A DNA stretch of 64,000 nucleotides. It comes from Dehalococcoidia bacterium. Its GTDB lineage: Bacteria > Chloroflexota > Dehalococcoidia > Lucifugimonadales > VXLM01. The notes beneath the pieces were generated by a model that saw only the letters and a program-made list of their open reading frames with translations, was not told the DNA's origin and did not search any database. The stretch spans positions 3,814,507 to 3,878,506 of the forward strand of contig OY759598.1 of NCBI GenBank assembly GCA_963662435.1. Reading direction: 5' to 3'. A program made the position numbers and the translations under genes. This document shows, piece by piece, positions 49,327-59,514 of the stretch; the stretch's first letter is position 1; each line of letters opens with the position of its first letter.

Positions 49327-50319
49327 ATGAGAAGGTCATTCAAGGAAGTTGTACTCGTTCTTGCGGGGCTGGGTATCCTCTTTGGAGTGACTCTTGCTTG
49401 CGGCTCTACGCAATCGGAGACAACCGGCTCCGCGACAACGGGCCAGGACGCCGCCGCAAAATATCCGAAAGCGACTCAGGTTTCCGATGCCGACGCAAAG
49501 CCGACCGGAAAGATGGAGTCGCTTCTATCCGGCGAGACGCTGGCGCGGTACCGGGTGCTGCCCGAGGAGTATCGTGTGGCGTTGGAGGCTTACGCGAGGT
49601 TCGGAGTCTCAGACGACCTCATCCCGACGGTGGTGGCGGAGAAGATTTCGCAGTGGGGAGACACTCCGGAACCGATCCAGGACCTGCTCGATGCGGAGCG
49701 TTACGCCATATTCCAAGAGCTTACGGCGATACAGCCGAACCCGAATATCGGTGATAATGCGAGATTGCACAGGCACGCCTTCTTCTTCCTGGGGTATTAC
49801 CTTTACGTCTTGAAGAACGAAGACACGCCAGAAGGTCGGAAGCAGGCATTCGCCAACTTCCTAGATACCATTGCCGATAGATTTGAACCTGGGGAAGAGC
49901 CCGCTGTCCCTGCGCCCTTGCTTGACGGACTGATAGTCCCCTTGGCGATGGCTGCGCTCGATGGGCTTGGGCCGCGGCTGCGGGACGCTATTGCCATACC
50001 CCAACCCAATACCGCCTTTAGCCTAATCGCGATGTCTGCCGAAATCGTCGGCAAGGAGGTCTTGCTACTGAAGTCGGAGCCCGGTCTGGAGATACCCACG
50101 ATGTATGAGTTTCTCTCTACTGAGGAACAAGAACTGTTCAAAGGTCTGCCTGCCGACCTTCGCGAGTCTGTAGACGGCAGATTCGGGCATGGGGTTTTGT
50201 GGATCATGACCGGAATGGCGACGAGCGGGGACCACCCTTTGACTATACTACCAAGCGAGGAGGTTCTTGCGAAGGTTGCCCAGCACCAATTCGAATTCGT
50301 ACAGCACCTGGCCAAGTAG
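49327..50319 (+). CDS. Hypothetical lipoprotein
   Basis: RBS AGGAGG, signal peptide ending in LAC. Confidence 0.7.
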   Translation: MRRSFKEVVLVLAGLGILFGVTLACGSTQSETTGSATTGQDAAAKYPKATQVSDADAKPTGKMESLLSGETLARYRVLPEEYRVALEAYARFGVSDDLIPTVVAEKISQWGDTPEPIQDLLDAERYAIFQELTAIQPNPNIGDNARLHRHAFFFLGYYLYVLKNEDTPEGRKQAFANFLDTIADRFEPGEEPAVPAPLLDGLIVPLAMAALDGLGPRLRDAIAIPQPNTAFSLIAMSAEIVGKEVLLLKSEPGLEIPTMYEFLSTEEQELFKGLPADLRESVDGRFGHGVLWIMTGMATSGDHPLTILPSEEVLAKVAQHQFEFVQHLAK

Positions 50320-50505
50320 AAGGACACACAAGAGGGCAGCCGCGATTGCGCCCGCGCCCCACACGACTTCGGGTTGTGGGCAACGAACATCTTGAGAAGC
50401 TGTTGCGGCCCGTCCCCCTCCGTGATACCTTGAAATTCGGAAACACCACTTACCATCCCACAAATCCGCCATCTCACAAGAACGCACCACCCCGCTTCAC
50501 CTAAC

Positions 50506-51123
50506 ATGCTGACCGACAGTCAGGAACCGCCCGCACAGGAGCCAGGTACGCAGACCGATAGTCAATCGGGCGGTGGCCCGACATCGCTGCTTCGGGACAG
50601 AATACTCCTCGGAACGGTCTTCGGCGCTTTCGCGCTCGACCAGGTGTCGAAGAGGATCATCACCTCCTGGCTGGATCTGGGCGAGTCGTGGCCCAGCGAG
50701 GGGTTCTTCCGTATTACCTATGGGACGAACTCCGGCACTGCCTTCGGCCTCTTTCCCAATCAAACGACACTGCTGATATTCGTGTCGCTGGTCGCAATAG
50801 GGTTCCTGGTCTACTTCTACAGGGCCCACGCGATGCCGAGCTTGCTGCTGAGGTTCGCCATTGGCCTCCAGCTCGGTGGGGCATTCGGAAACCTCATCGA
50901 CCGTGTGCTCAACGGCAAGGTCGTGGACTTCATCGACGTCGGACCCTGGCCGATATTCAACCTCGCAGACTCCTCGATCGTCGTCGGGATTTTCATCCTC
51001 ATGGTGGTCTTCGTGCTGACAAAGGACTCGTCGGGGAATCGTTCCGACGCTCAGCCCGGACCCTCAGAAAAAGAACCGCTGGACTCACAGGTGTTGCCTC
51101 GGGCGCCCGTGCAGGATGAATGA
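50506..51123 (+). CDS. lspA: Lipoprotein signal peptidase II
   Basis: DQVSK, NSGTAFG, GNLIDR, VVDFI, FNLAD. Confidence 0.95.
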   Translation: MLTDSQEPPAQEPGTQTDSQSGGGPTSLLRDRILLGTVFGAFALDQVSKRIITSWLDLGESWPSEGFFRITYGTNSGTAFGLFPNQTTLLIFVSLVAIGFLVYFYRAHAMPSLLLRFAIGLQLGGAFGNLIDRVLNGKVVDFIDVGPWPIFNLADSSIVVGIFILMVVFVLTKDSSGNRSDAQPGPSEKEPLDSQVLPRAPVQDE

Positions 51124-52018
51124 GCAAGTCGAGCATCTCGTCGAGACCAGCGGAGAGCGGCTTGATGTGTTCCTGGCGGGCCGGCATCCCGACCTCTCGC
51201 GCTCTCGAATTAGGAAGCTGATCGATGACGGGAACGTCATGGTCGATGGACGTGCCGGCAAGGCCTCCACGCGTCTGGCGGACGGCCAGAACGTCTCGAT
51301 TGGGATCCCACCTCCGGCCCCGGCTGAGTTACGTCCGTGGGTCGTACCACTCTCCATCGTGCATGAAGATGAAGCTCTCATCGTCATCGACAAGCCTGCG
51401 GGCATGACGGTGCATCCCGTCCCGGGAAACGAAGACAAGACCATGGCTAATGCCGTCATCGCCTACGCCCCTAGTATCGAGGGTATCGGTGGCGAACGCC
51501 GACCCGGGATCGTACACCGGCTCGATAAGGACACCTCGGGACTGATCGTCGTTGCCAAGAATGAGAGGGCCCACGCCCATCTGGCAGAGCAGTTCAAGAG
51601 CAGGGAAGTAGGCAAGGTCTACCTTGCGCTCGTCACCGGACATCCGAGTCCGCCGGAAGCCGACATCGAAGCCCCAATCGGCCGGCACCCGCGCGACCGC
51701 CAACGAATGGCAATAGTCTCAACAGGACGACCCTCCATCACGCGGTATAGAGTCGTGAGCATGTACAAGAGAGCTTCTCTTGTCGAAGCACGCCCACGCA
51801 CGGGCCGCACACACCAGATCCGCGTTCACCTGGCATCCGTCGGGCACCCCGTTGTCGGCGATTCGACCTACGGCCGAGCGGTCGAGGGACTTTCGCGCCA
51901 GTTTCTTCATGCCCGTCAACTGGCCTTCGCGCACCCCGGGAGCGGGGAGCCGATGAGTTTCACGACCCCGTTGCCGGACGATCTGGAAGCGTATCTCGGG
52001 GGACTGTTGCCTGGGTGA
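51116..52018 (+). CDS. rluD: RluA-family 23S rRNA pseudouridine synthase (RluD-like)
   Basis: S4 domain (RLDVFLA), KPAG, HRLDKDTSG, TGRTHQIRVH. Confidence 0.9.
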   Translation: MNEQVEHLVETSGERLDVFLAGRHPDLSRSRIRKLIDDGNVMVDGRAGKASTRLADGQNVSIGIPPPAPAELRPWVVPLSIVHEDEALIVIDKPAGMTVHPVPGNEDKTMANAVIAYAPSIEGIGGERRPGIVHRLDKDTSGLIVVAKNERAHAHLAEQFKSREVGKVYLALVTGHPSPPEADIEAPIGRHPRDRQRMAIVSTGRPSITRYRVVSMYKRASLVEARPRTGRTHQIRVHLASVGHPVVGDSTYGRAVEGLSRQFLHARQLAFAHPGSGEPMSFTTPLPDDLEAYLGGLLPG

Positions 52019-52114
52019 CATTGAGTGGCGCCATTCGACAGGCTCATGGCAAACGGGGAGACCTGGGTAAGCCCAGGAGATAGTGGCCTCGCGAGGTGAA
52101 GAGGCGTGAAGCCG

Positions 52115-52984
52115 TTAGTCGGCGCTTCTCTTCGTCCACTCGCCCTTTAGTGCCGCAAGTCCGAATAACCCGGTAGCGACGAGGGCCATCACCGGGCCCG
52201 TGGGCATGTTGGCGTGGAAGGACAAGTACATCCCGACCACGGCCGACAACACGCCAATCACCGCGCCAATGACCATGACTCCGACGAATCGTCTCGCGAG
52301 GAGGAATCCGGTCGCTGCAGGCGTGATGAGCATGGCCATGACGAGGACGATTCCGGCTGCCTGGATGCTGATGACGATCACCAGGGCCAGGAGGGCGAGC
52401 AGTACGTATTCGACTATGCGGACCTTGATTCCGACCACTTCCGCCCCCACCGGGTCGAAGGTGGTGTACACGAGATGACGGTGAAATACGTACAGCCCGG
52501 CAATCACCAGCACCGCGAGCCCCAGGGACAGGTATACCTCGCCGGTACTTACGCCCAAAATCTCCCCTATCAGGAGGTCCTCGATATTGGGCGCTTGGGT
52601 GTTGCGAAGTTCGAGGAACGTGTTTATATAGAAGGGGCTGGAGAGCATCACGAGGCCGAGGGCGAACATCCCGGCGAAGACGATTCCAATCGACGTGTCT
52701 TCGCTGCTTCCCGTGCGACGGCTGATGAAGCCCATCAGAAGTGCTATTGCGACACCGGTCGGAACGGCGGCAATAAGTGCGGTGCCGGTTGCCAGCAGGC
52801 CGATTCCCATGCCCGGCAGGACGGAGTGGGCAAGGGCGTCGCCCATGAAGGCGCGACCGCGGGCCACCACGTAGGCCCCGATGACGGGGCACATGACCCC
52901 GACGAGGATGGACACGATCAGGGCCCGCTGCATGAAGTCGTAACGCAGGGGCTCGAAGAACAGCTCAGCGATATCCGGAATCAA
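52115..52984 (-). CDS. Zn/Mn ABC transporter permease
   Basis: FMQRAL, GDALAHSVLPG, SEDTSIG, FDPV. Confidence 0.92.
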   Translation of the reverse strand: MIPDIAELFFEPLRYDFMQRALIVSILVGVMCPVIGAYVVARGRAFMGDALAHSVLPGMGIGLLATGTALIAAVPTGVAIALLMGFISRRTGSSEDTSIGIVFAGMFALGLVMLSSPFYINTFLELRNTQAPNIEDLLIGEILGVSTGEVYLSLGLAVLVIAGLYVFHRHLVYTTFDPVGAEVVGIKVRIVEYVLLALLALVIVISIQAAGIVLVMAMLITPAATGFLLARRFVGVMVIGAVIGVLSAVVGMYLSFHANMPTGPVMALVATGLFGLAALKGEWTKRSAD

Positions 52985-53757
52985 TGCACGTGTCCGTCAT
53001 GTTCTTCCTGATCATGTGGGTCGACGTGGTGATGGGTGAACTCGAGGCCGTGAGAGCCGAATAGCTCCTCCAGCACCTCGGGGGTGAACGCCTCTTCCGG
53101 CGGACCGTAGGCGCACATGTGGTGGTTGATGCAGAGTATCCGGTCGAAGCGCTCGGCGATGTTCGTCAGATCGTGCGTGGAGATGATGACGATCTTGCCT
53201 TCGTCGCGGAGGGACTGGAGGACTACGATGATGTCCTCCTGAGCCGCGACGTCGACGCCGCTGAAGGCCTCGTCCATAAGGATGATGCTGGCCTCCTGGG
53301 CGAGAGCGCGGGCTATGAAGACCCTCTGGCGCTGCCCCCCCGACAGCCGGTCCACGAGGGCAGTGCGCTCATCCCAGAGGTTGACCCGCTCCAGGCAGTC
53401 ACGGACCATCTCCTTGTCGTGCCTGCTGGGGCGCTGGAACCAGCCGATGTTGTTGCCACGACCCATCATGACCACGTCCTGGATGGTGGCAGGAAAGCGC
53501 CAGTTGATGCTGTCGCGCTGCGGCACGTAGGCCAGGGCCCCTGTTCTGTCGGCGCCCCGCACGGTCAATGACCCGTTCGCCACGGGCAGCAGTCCGGCGA
53601 TGGCTTCGAACAGGGTGCTCTTGCCCGCGCCGTTTGGGCCGAGTATGCCCATCAGGGTACCGGGCCCGACTTCGAATGTGATCCCCGTCAGCGCAACGTG
53701 GCCACCCCGCTCGACACTCATATCCTCAACGGTGATGCCAAGTTCGGAGGCGGTCAT
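52981..53757 (-). CDS. Zn/Mn ABC transporter ATPase
   Basis: GPNGAGKS, YVPQ, LSGGQRQR, DEAFSGVD. Confidence 0.93.
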   Translation of the reverse strand: MTASELGITVEDMSVERGGHVALTGITFEVGPGTLMGILGPNGAGKSTLFEAIAGLLPVANGSLTVRGADRTGALAYVPQRDSINWRFPATIQDVVMMGRGNNIGWFQRPSRHDKEMVRDCLERVNLWDERTALVDRLSGGQRQRVFIARALAQEASIILMDEAFSGVDVAAQEDIIVVLQSLRDEGKIVIISTHDLTNIAERFDRILCINHHMCAYGPPEEAFTPEVLEELFGSHGLEFTHHHVDPHDQEEHDGHVH

Positions 53758-53849
53758 GTCAATCCCCTGATTGATAAGCGTCCGGGTGCGGAGACTCTCC
53801 GCACCCAGTGCGCCCCGATGCTACCATATTCTCGGCAATGTGACAGTGC

Positions 53850-55220
53850 CTACTGTAGGCCCTCAACTATCCGCCCGACGTTCGTGCGGACCATATCGAT
53901 GTACGTATCGGCTCCGCTACCGCTGGGACCGAGGGAGCCTGAGTAGAGACGGACCAGTTCCGCACCCGACTCCTTCGCCACGGCGCTTGCCAACCGCTCG
54001 CTGACCGTCGTTTCGCCGAATACCACCGGAACACCTTCCTCCTTGACTTCCTCCACCAGATCCGCAAGGTCTCCCGCCGATGGCTCAACGTCCGTCGTGG
54101 TCGAGAGGACGACACCTATGATCTCGAATCCGTAAAGGTTGGCGAAATAGCCGTAGCTGTCGTGCGAAGTAACGAGGAGCCTGTCTTCCTCGGGCAGTGT
54201 ACTCACTTGCTGCTCCGTCCAGGAGTGCAATTCGTCCAACTTGGCGTTGTACGCCTCCGCGTTGGCGCGGTACATGTCGCCGCGGTCCGGATCGAGCACC
54301 GAGAGACGGGCTGCAATGTCATTGACTACGATCTTCACGCGAATGGGGTCGAACCAGTAGTGGGGGTCTTCCAGGCCGTGGCCGTGACCTTCGTGCTCGT
54401 CCTCACCCTCTTCGGTAAGACCTTCGATGGCCTCGATAGCGTCTTCGGCTTGCATCTGTCCTGCTTCGACCTTGCCGATGATTTCCTTGACCATTGCGGG
54501 CAATTCTTCCTCGCCCTCATGGCCTTCCTCTTCCTCCTCACCCTCGTGGTCCTCGTCCTCGTTCTCCTCCTCCTCATCCTCGTGGTGCTCTTCCCCTTCA
54601 GTCGCTTCGAGAACTTCCTTTATCTCCTCGAGTCCCTCCATCGCGTCGATCTCGCCTTCTTCCACCTCGTGCACAACATGGCTGATTTCCTCCAGGAGCT
54701 CAACCTCATCGGCGTGGCCTTCGGCGAATTCTATCGGTTCGACGAGCTCACCCGTCTCGACGATGGACTCCGGGTCCGCCGCGGCGTTCTCCAGAAGGTC
54801 GTGTAACCACCCTCCCTCCATGCCAAGTCCGATGCTGAGAACAACGTCGGCGTCGCTAATTCTGGCCACGTCTCTCGCTCCGGGCTGGAAAGTGTGCGGG
54901 TCGCTGCCCACCGGCAGGAGGCTGAACACCTCAACGCCGTCGCCACCCACGTTCTGCACCCAGTCGGCAACGATGTTGGATGTCGTCACGACTTCGATCG
55001 GAGGCTGGTCAGCGGGTGCCGCCGGAGGTGCCGCGGGAGCGGCGGAGGCTGGGGGACTGGTCTGGGATTGTGTGGTCTGTGCCGGCTCGGGGTCGGAGTC
55101 GCTCGAACACGCCGCCACAGACAGCATGAGGGCGACTCCGACGATAATCATTCCACCGAATGGGTTCCATGTCAGGCGATTAATGGTATTCAGTCTCAAT
55201 TGTGTATTTCCTTTCTCCAT
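53850..55220 (-). CDS. Zn/Mn ABC transporter substrate-binding lipoprotein with large acidic insert
   Basis: Lipobox VAAC, DPHTFQP, DPHYWFDP, TSHDSYGY; start uncertain. Confidence 0.9.
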   Translation of the reverse strand: MEKGNTQLRLNTINRLTWNPFGGMIIVGVALMLSVAACSSDSDPEPAQTTQSQTSPPASAAPAAPPAAPADQPPIEVVTTSNIVADWVQNVGGDGVEVFSLLPVGSDPHTFQPGARDVARISDADVVLSIGLGMEGGWLHDLLENAAADPESIVETGELVEPIEFAEGHADEVELLEEISHVVHEVEEGEIDAMEGLEEIKEVLEATEGEEHHEDEEEENEDEDHEGEEEEEGHEGEEELPAMVKEIIGKVEAGQMQAEDAIEAIEGLTEEGEDEHEGHGHGLEDPHYWFDPIRVKIVVNDIAARLSVLDPDRGDMYRANAEAYNAKLDELHSWTEQQVSTLPEEDRLLVTSHDSYGYFANLYGFEIIGVVLSTTTDVEPSAGDLADLVEEVKEEGVPVVFGETTVSERLASAVAKESGAELVRLYSGSLGPSGSGADTYIDMVRTNVGRIVEGLQ

Positions 55221-55379
55221 TCTTAACCTGGGTGCGTAGTGATTTTGAGAGGTCGTGTCGTTAATTTGGGCCCTGCAACCGTGGGGTCGCAGGTTTTGGA
55301 AACTCTACCATGTAATGAGATTCTATACCAAGTGATATTCCCACATTTTAGTATTGTTGAACAGAATCTATGGAGAGTG

Positions 55380-55814
55380 CTACGCGCTAACGCCGGCCAG
55401 ACAACGGTCGCAGGTGACGTAGAACTCCATGCGGTGCCCTACGATCTCGCCGGGGATATCACCTCCGATGGCCCGGAGCAGCCGTTCCACCGTCGCCGCT
55501 CGGAACTCACCGACATTGCCGCATCTAATGCAGACGGTGTGGTGGTGATGCTCGATGCGGGAGAGGCTGTACATGGGGGCGCCGTCCATCATCGAGAGCT
55601 TGCAGATGACTCCGGCCTTCAGCAGGAGCTTAATTGTCCTGTACACCGTCGCTCGACCGACGGTCGGCAGTTCCTCGCTGATCTCTTCAGCAGTGAAGCC
55701 CTCTTCTTTTCGCTCTAGGAGGTCGATGATTGCCAGTCGCGGGGCAGTAGTCCGGTACCCTTGGTCCTCCAGGACGGCCATCAGGTTGGGACGGGAGTTG
55801 AGCGAAACGTTCAT
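55380..55814 (-). CDS. Fur-family regulator (Zur-like)
   Basis: TAPRLAI, ATVYRTI, HHHHTVCIRCG, CDRC; upstream of the metal ABC genes. Confidence 0.9.
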   Translation of the reverse strand: MNVSLNSRPNLMAVLEDQGYRTTAPRLAIIDLLERKEEGFTAEEISEELPTVGRATVYRTIKLLLKAGVICKLSMMDGAPMYSLSRIEHHHHTVCIRCGNVGEFRAATVERLLRAIGGDIPGEIVGHRMEFYVTCDRCLAGVSA

Positions 55815-56058
55815 AGGCTTGAGGATTGCAACCTTTAGGAAATATTCACGAAATATTCACGATGAGGCCTACTCCGATTGTACGGTAACAAAACACTTCA
55901 TGGCGTGTCAATGGCGCGAACGAAAACCTGAGGGCTGCTTTGCGGTTTCCCATGCCGCGAGTATGGCGCTGATTGCTGGGGAGAACTGAATGGTCGAGGG
56001 CGGGCCGCACAAGCACAGATTGCCATTCCTCCGACAGCCAAGTAGTTCCGAAAAGTGG

Positions 56059-56226
56059 CTAAAGGCCGACGAAGGTGCCCCACTCCCAGGGATGGAGGCC
56101 CTGGTTTCCGCAGAGCGGACAGCCAACACTCCCGCTCCTGACCATGTATGCGACCATGAAGACGAGGCCGCCTATCGCGAGCTTGCTGGACGTGAACCTT
56201 GTCAGAAGTGCATATATTTTCTTCAC
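56059..56226 (-). CDS. Putative 55-aa membrane mini-protein with CxxC
   Basis: AGGAGG plus GTG start; MKKIYALLTRFTSSKLAIGGLVFMVAYMVRSGSVGCPLCGNQGLHPWEWGTFVGL. Confidence 0.5.
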   Translation of the reverse strand: MKKIYALLTRFTSSKLAIGGLVFMVAYMVRSGSVGCPLCGNQGLHPWEWGTFVGL

Positions 56227-56355
56227 AATTCCCTCCTGATTAGGTTTTCACCTGATTCCATCGTATTTGAGGACGCTCGACTGTGTCAAGTTGGTTCATG
56301 TGCACTGCGCGATATTCCTTCCCTTTCTTGCGAAGGTACTGGACAATATCCAACG

Positions 56356-56772
56356 ATGACGGCCAAGTCCACAAGATTGGGGTGGCTCTCGCCACTCGTT
56401 CCGGTCGCCGCCTTGGGCGACTTGGCGGTCTTCGCTTTCTTCGTCATTGCCGGCAGGGCGGAGCACGGGATAATCCAGGAGGCCGCGTTCTGGCGAACCG
56501 CTCTGCCTTTCGCCGCCGTCTGGTTCGTTCTGTCCCCCTGGCTGGGAGCTTTTCGAATCTCGACCCTGACGAGCGTGAGGACTTCGGCTTGGCGCATCCC
56601 GCTGATCTGGCTCCTGTGCGGCATCATAGCCGTGGTGATGCGCGCGTGGCTCACGGACAGAACGTTTCAGTTGGTCTTCGCACTGGTCGCCATCGGCGTT
56701 CAGGGCATCCTGCTTCTCGGATGGCGTGTCGTCCTCTCCCTGGTGAGTCGAAGGCTCTTCGGCACACCGTAG
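56356..56772 (+). CDS. DUF3054-like membrane protein
   Basis: GDLAVFAFFVIAGRAEHG, TALPF, LLGWR; four TM helices. Confidence 0.7.
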   Translation: MTAKSTRLGWLSPLVPVAALGDLAVFAFFVIAGRAEHGIIQEAAFWRTALPFAAVWFVLSPWLGAFRISTLTSVRTSAWRIPLIWLLCGIIAVVMRAWLTDRTFQLVFALVAIGVQGILLLGWRVVLSLVSRRLFGTP

Positions 56773-56797
56773 CTATTTTCTTCTGGAGGAACGGGCC

Positions 56798-58153
56798 ATG
56801 CCCGAAGTACGAACTCGCTTTGCTCCCAGTCCCACCGGCGATCCGCACGTAGGCAATATCCGCACCGCTCTGTTTACGTGGCTCTTCGCCCGCAGGCATG
56901 GCGGCAAGTTCATCCTACGAATAGAAGACACCGACCAGGCCCGTGAGGTGGAGGGATCGGTCGAGTCGATCATGGAGGGCCTGCGGTGGCTCGGCCTCGA
57001 TTGGGACGAGGGCCCCGAGGTCGGCGGCGAGTACGGCCCCTACTTCCAGTCGGAACGACTTGAACACTATCAGGGGGCGGCCGACCGGCTGATCGAGTCG
57101 AGGCACGCCTACCGCTTCGAGGACGAGCGTGGTTCAGCCGTGAAATTCGCCATGCCTGCCGAGGGAACGACCGTCGTCTCGGATGTAATCCGGGGTCAAA
57201 TCGAGTTCGATAACTCACTGATAGATGACTTCGTAATCCTGAAGTCTGACGGCTTCCCGACCTACCACCTTGCCAGTGTCGTGGACGATCAGCTCATGCG
57301 AATCTCTCACGTCATCCGTGGGGAAGGTTGGCTATCAAGCGCGCCCCGCCACGTCCTGCTGAACGATGCTCTTGGTTGGCAGGCCCCCGAATTCGTTCAC
57401 GTGCCGGATATCCTCGCGAGCGGCGGCGGCAAGCTCAGCAAGCGACACGGAGCCGCATCGGTGAACGAGTACCGACAGATGGGGTACCTGCCCCACGCGC
57501 TGGTCAACTTCCTCGCACTGCTCGGCTGGTCGTATGACGACAAGACCGAGCTATTCACCGGTGAAGAATTGATCGAGTCCTTTTCGCTCGACCGCGTTTC
57601 CAGGTCAGGAGCGATCTTCAATCTCGAAAAGCTCGACTGGATGAACGGTCACTACATCCGCGAATCGGCCGACGCGGATTTGGCCGACGCGCTCTTGGAC
57701 TACTGGCGCAGATATCCTGCTGCCGAGCTTCCACCGGATCCGGATAGAGACCTCCTGATACAGATCGTGCCTCTCATCAAGGAGCGCCTCAAGACGCTGG
57801 CCGATGCCGCGGAGCGCATACCATTCTTTTTCAGTGACGATTTCGACTACGAGCCTAACGAGCTCATACAGCGCAAGATGGACGCTGCGGGCACGCTGCT
57901 GGCACTGGAATCGGCCTCGGTTGCCATCGAGTCGGTCGAACCCTTTGATGCCGCTACGCTCGAAGCAAGATTGAGAGCTCTCGCAGAAGACCTCGATATC
58001 AAGGTCGGTCAACTGCTTGGGACGTTGCGGGTCGCAACAAGCGGGCTGAAAGTCTCTCCACCGCTGTTCGAGTCGCTGGAAATCCTTGGCCGGGACCGAG
58101 CAGTCCGCGATCTCAATCGTGCCATTCACAAGCTGGATCCAACACCCCAATAG
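56798..58153 (+). CDS. gltX: Glutamate--tRNA ligase
   Basis: RFAPSPTG, HVGN, RIEDTD, KLSKR, C-terminal anticodon-binding domain. Confidence 0.95.
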   Translation: MPEVRTRFAPSPTGDPHVGNIRTALFTWLFARRHGGKFILRIEDTDQAREVEGSVESIMEGLRWLGLDWDEGPEVGGEYGPYFQSERLEHYQGAADRLIESRHAYRFEDERGSAVKFAMPAEGTTVVSDVIRGQIEFDNSLIDDFVILKSDGFPTYHLASVVDDQLMRISHVIRGEGWLSSAPRHVLLNDALGWQAPEFVHVPDILASGGGKLSKRHGAASVNEYRQMGYLPHALVNFLALLGWSYDDKTELFTGEELIESFSLDRVSRSGAIFNLEKLDWMNGHYIRESADADLADALLDYWRRYPAAELPPDPDRDLLIQIVPLIKERLKTLADAAERIPFFFSDDFDYEPNELIQRKMDAAGTLLALESASVAIESVEPFDAATLEARLRALAEDLDIKVGQLLGTLRVATSGLKVSPPLFESLEILGRDRAVRDLNRAIHKLDPTPQ

Positions 58154-58243
58154 CCGAAGCGTACATCGCCTTGACACGTCAACCATTCTGGGCGATTCTA
58201 TCCGCAGCGAGCGCGGATAGAAAATGAAGAGGAGAACTTCTCT

Positions 58244-58696
58244 ATGTCCCTTAGCGACCAGCTAACCGACGACCTCAAGCAGGCGATGCGTTCGCGGGAC
58301 ACCCTCCGGCGCGACGTAATCCGGTACCTCCTGTCCGCCGTTCGCAACCTGGAGATTGAGAAACAGGAAACGGCCGACGACGAGGCCATCACCGGCCTGC
58401 TCTGGCGTCAAGCGCGTCAACGTCGCGACAGCATCGAGGCATATTCTCAAGGCGGACGCGACGACCTCGTTAAGAAGGAAGAGGACGAGCTGGCCATCAT
58501 AATGGAATACCTGCCCGCCGAGCTCACCGACATGGAGATCTCGGAGATCGCGACCAAGGCCGTCGACGAGGTGGGAGCCACTAGCCCTCGCGAAATGGGC
58601 AAGGTCATGGGACGGATAATCCCGCAGGTTGAGGGAAGGGCCGACCTCAAGAAGGTCAGTCAAACGGTCGCCGCGCTGCTCAGGGAACGGTCGTGA
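58244..58696 (+). CDS. GatB/YqeY domain protein
   Basis: DLKQAMR, QRRDSIEAY, YLP, MGKVMG. Confidence 0.92.
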   Translation: MSLSDQLTDDLKQAMRSRDTLRRDVIRYLLSAVRNLEIEKQETADDEAITGLLWRQARQRRDSIEAYSQGGRDDLVKKEEDELAIIMEYLPAELTDMEISEIATKAVDEVGATSPREMGKVMGRIIPQVEGRADLKKVSQTVAALLRERS

Positions 58697-58763
58697 ATCT
58701 CTCTGATTCCAACGTTCAACACGCGCTCCCAACGGAAGACTCGTCTTGACGACGGCGAACGAC

Positions 58764-59456
58764 ATGCGCTTCGGAGTCGTCGTATTTCCCGGCACGTGGA
58801 GCGACACTGACACCCACCACGTGCTATCGGAAGTATTTCATCAACAGGTCGAGTACGTCTGGCACAAGGAGACCGACCTTTCGCGCTTCGACTGCGTCAT
58901 CCTGCCGGGTGGCTTCTCCTACGGCGACTACCTCCGGTGCGGTGCGATCGCACGATTCTCGCCCGTCATGAAAGCCGTCACCGACTTTGCTGCAGGAGGT
59001 GGACTCGTAGCAGGCATTTGCAACGGGTTCCAGATTCTCTGTGAGGCGGGCCTTCTTCCGGGCGCGCTGATGCGAAACGATGTCCTGCAGTTCCGCTGCA
59101 TGTGGGTCAACCTCCGCTCGGAGACGTCGGAGACCCCGTTCAGCGGTACCTATCCGGTTGGTCAAGTGTTGCAGGTACCCATCTCTCACGGCGAGGGCAG
59201 GTACTTCGCCGATCCCGATACCCTGCGCGAGCTGGAAGAAGAGGGCAGGGTGGTCTTCCGGTATTCGACCGAGGATGGACAGGTGAGCCCTGACTCCAAC
59301 CCGAACGGTTCGGTCAATAACATCGCTGGCATCGTCAACGCTAACGGCAACGTTCTCGGCATGATGCCTCATCCCGAGCGGTGCTGCGAGCAGGTCGTGG
59401 GAGGCACCGATGGGGCGCTCATCTTCAACTCGATAATCGACCATCTCGCCTCGTGA
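58764..59456 (+). CDS. purQ: FGAM synthase glutaminase subunit
   Basis: [30 protein letters not shown]. Confidence 0.97.
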   Translation: MRFGVVVFPGTWSDTDTHHVLSEVFHQQVEYVWHKETDLSRFDCVILPGGFSYGDYLRCGAIARFSPVMKAVTDFAAGGGLVAGICNGFQILCEAGLLPGALMRNDVLQFRCMWVNLRSETSETPFSGTYPVGQVLQVPISHGEGRYFADPDTLRELEEEGRVVFRYSTEDGQVSPDSNPNGSVNNIAGIVNANGNVLGMMPHPERCCEQVVGGTDGALIFNSIIDHLAS

Positions 59457-59514
59457 GCCTGTTCTCCTCGTTGCCGATCAGAGCATCCCTTAGTCCGCAC
59501 CAACGGTCGCACTC

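Noticed and set aside
55221..55379. Zur/Fur box upstream of the metal-binding lipoprotein
   Set aside because: AT-rich and plausible, but I could not define a convincing palindrome.
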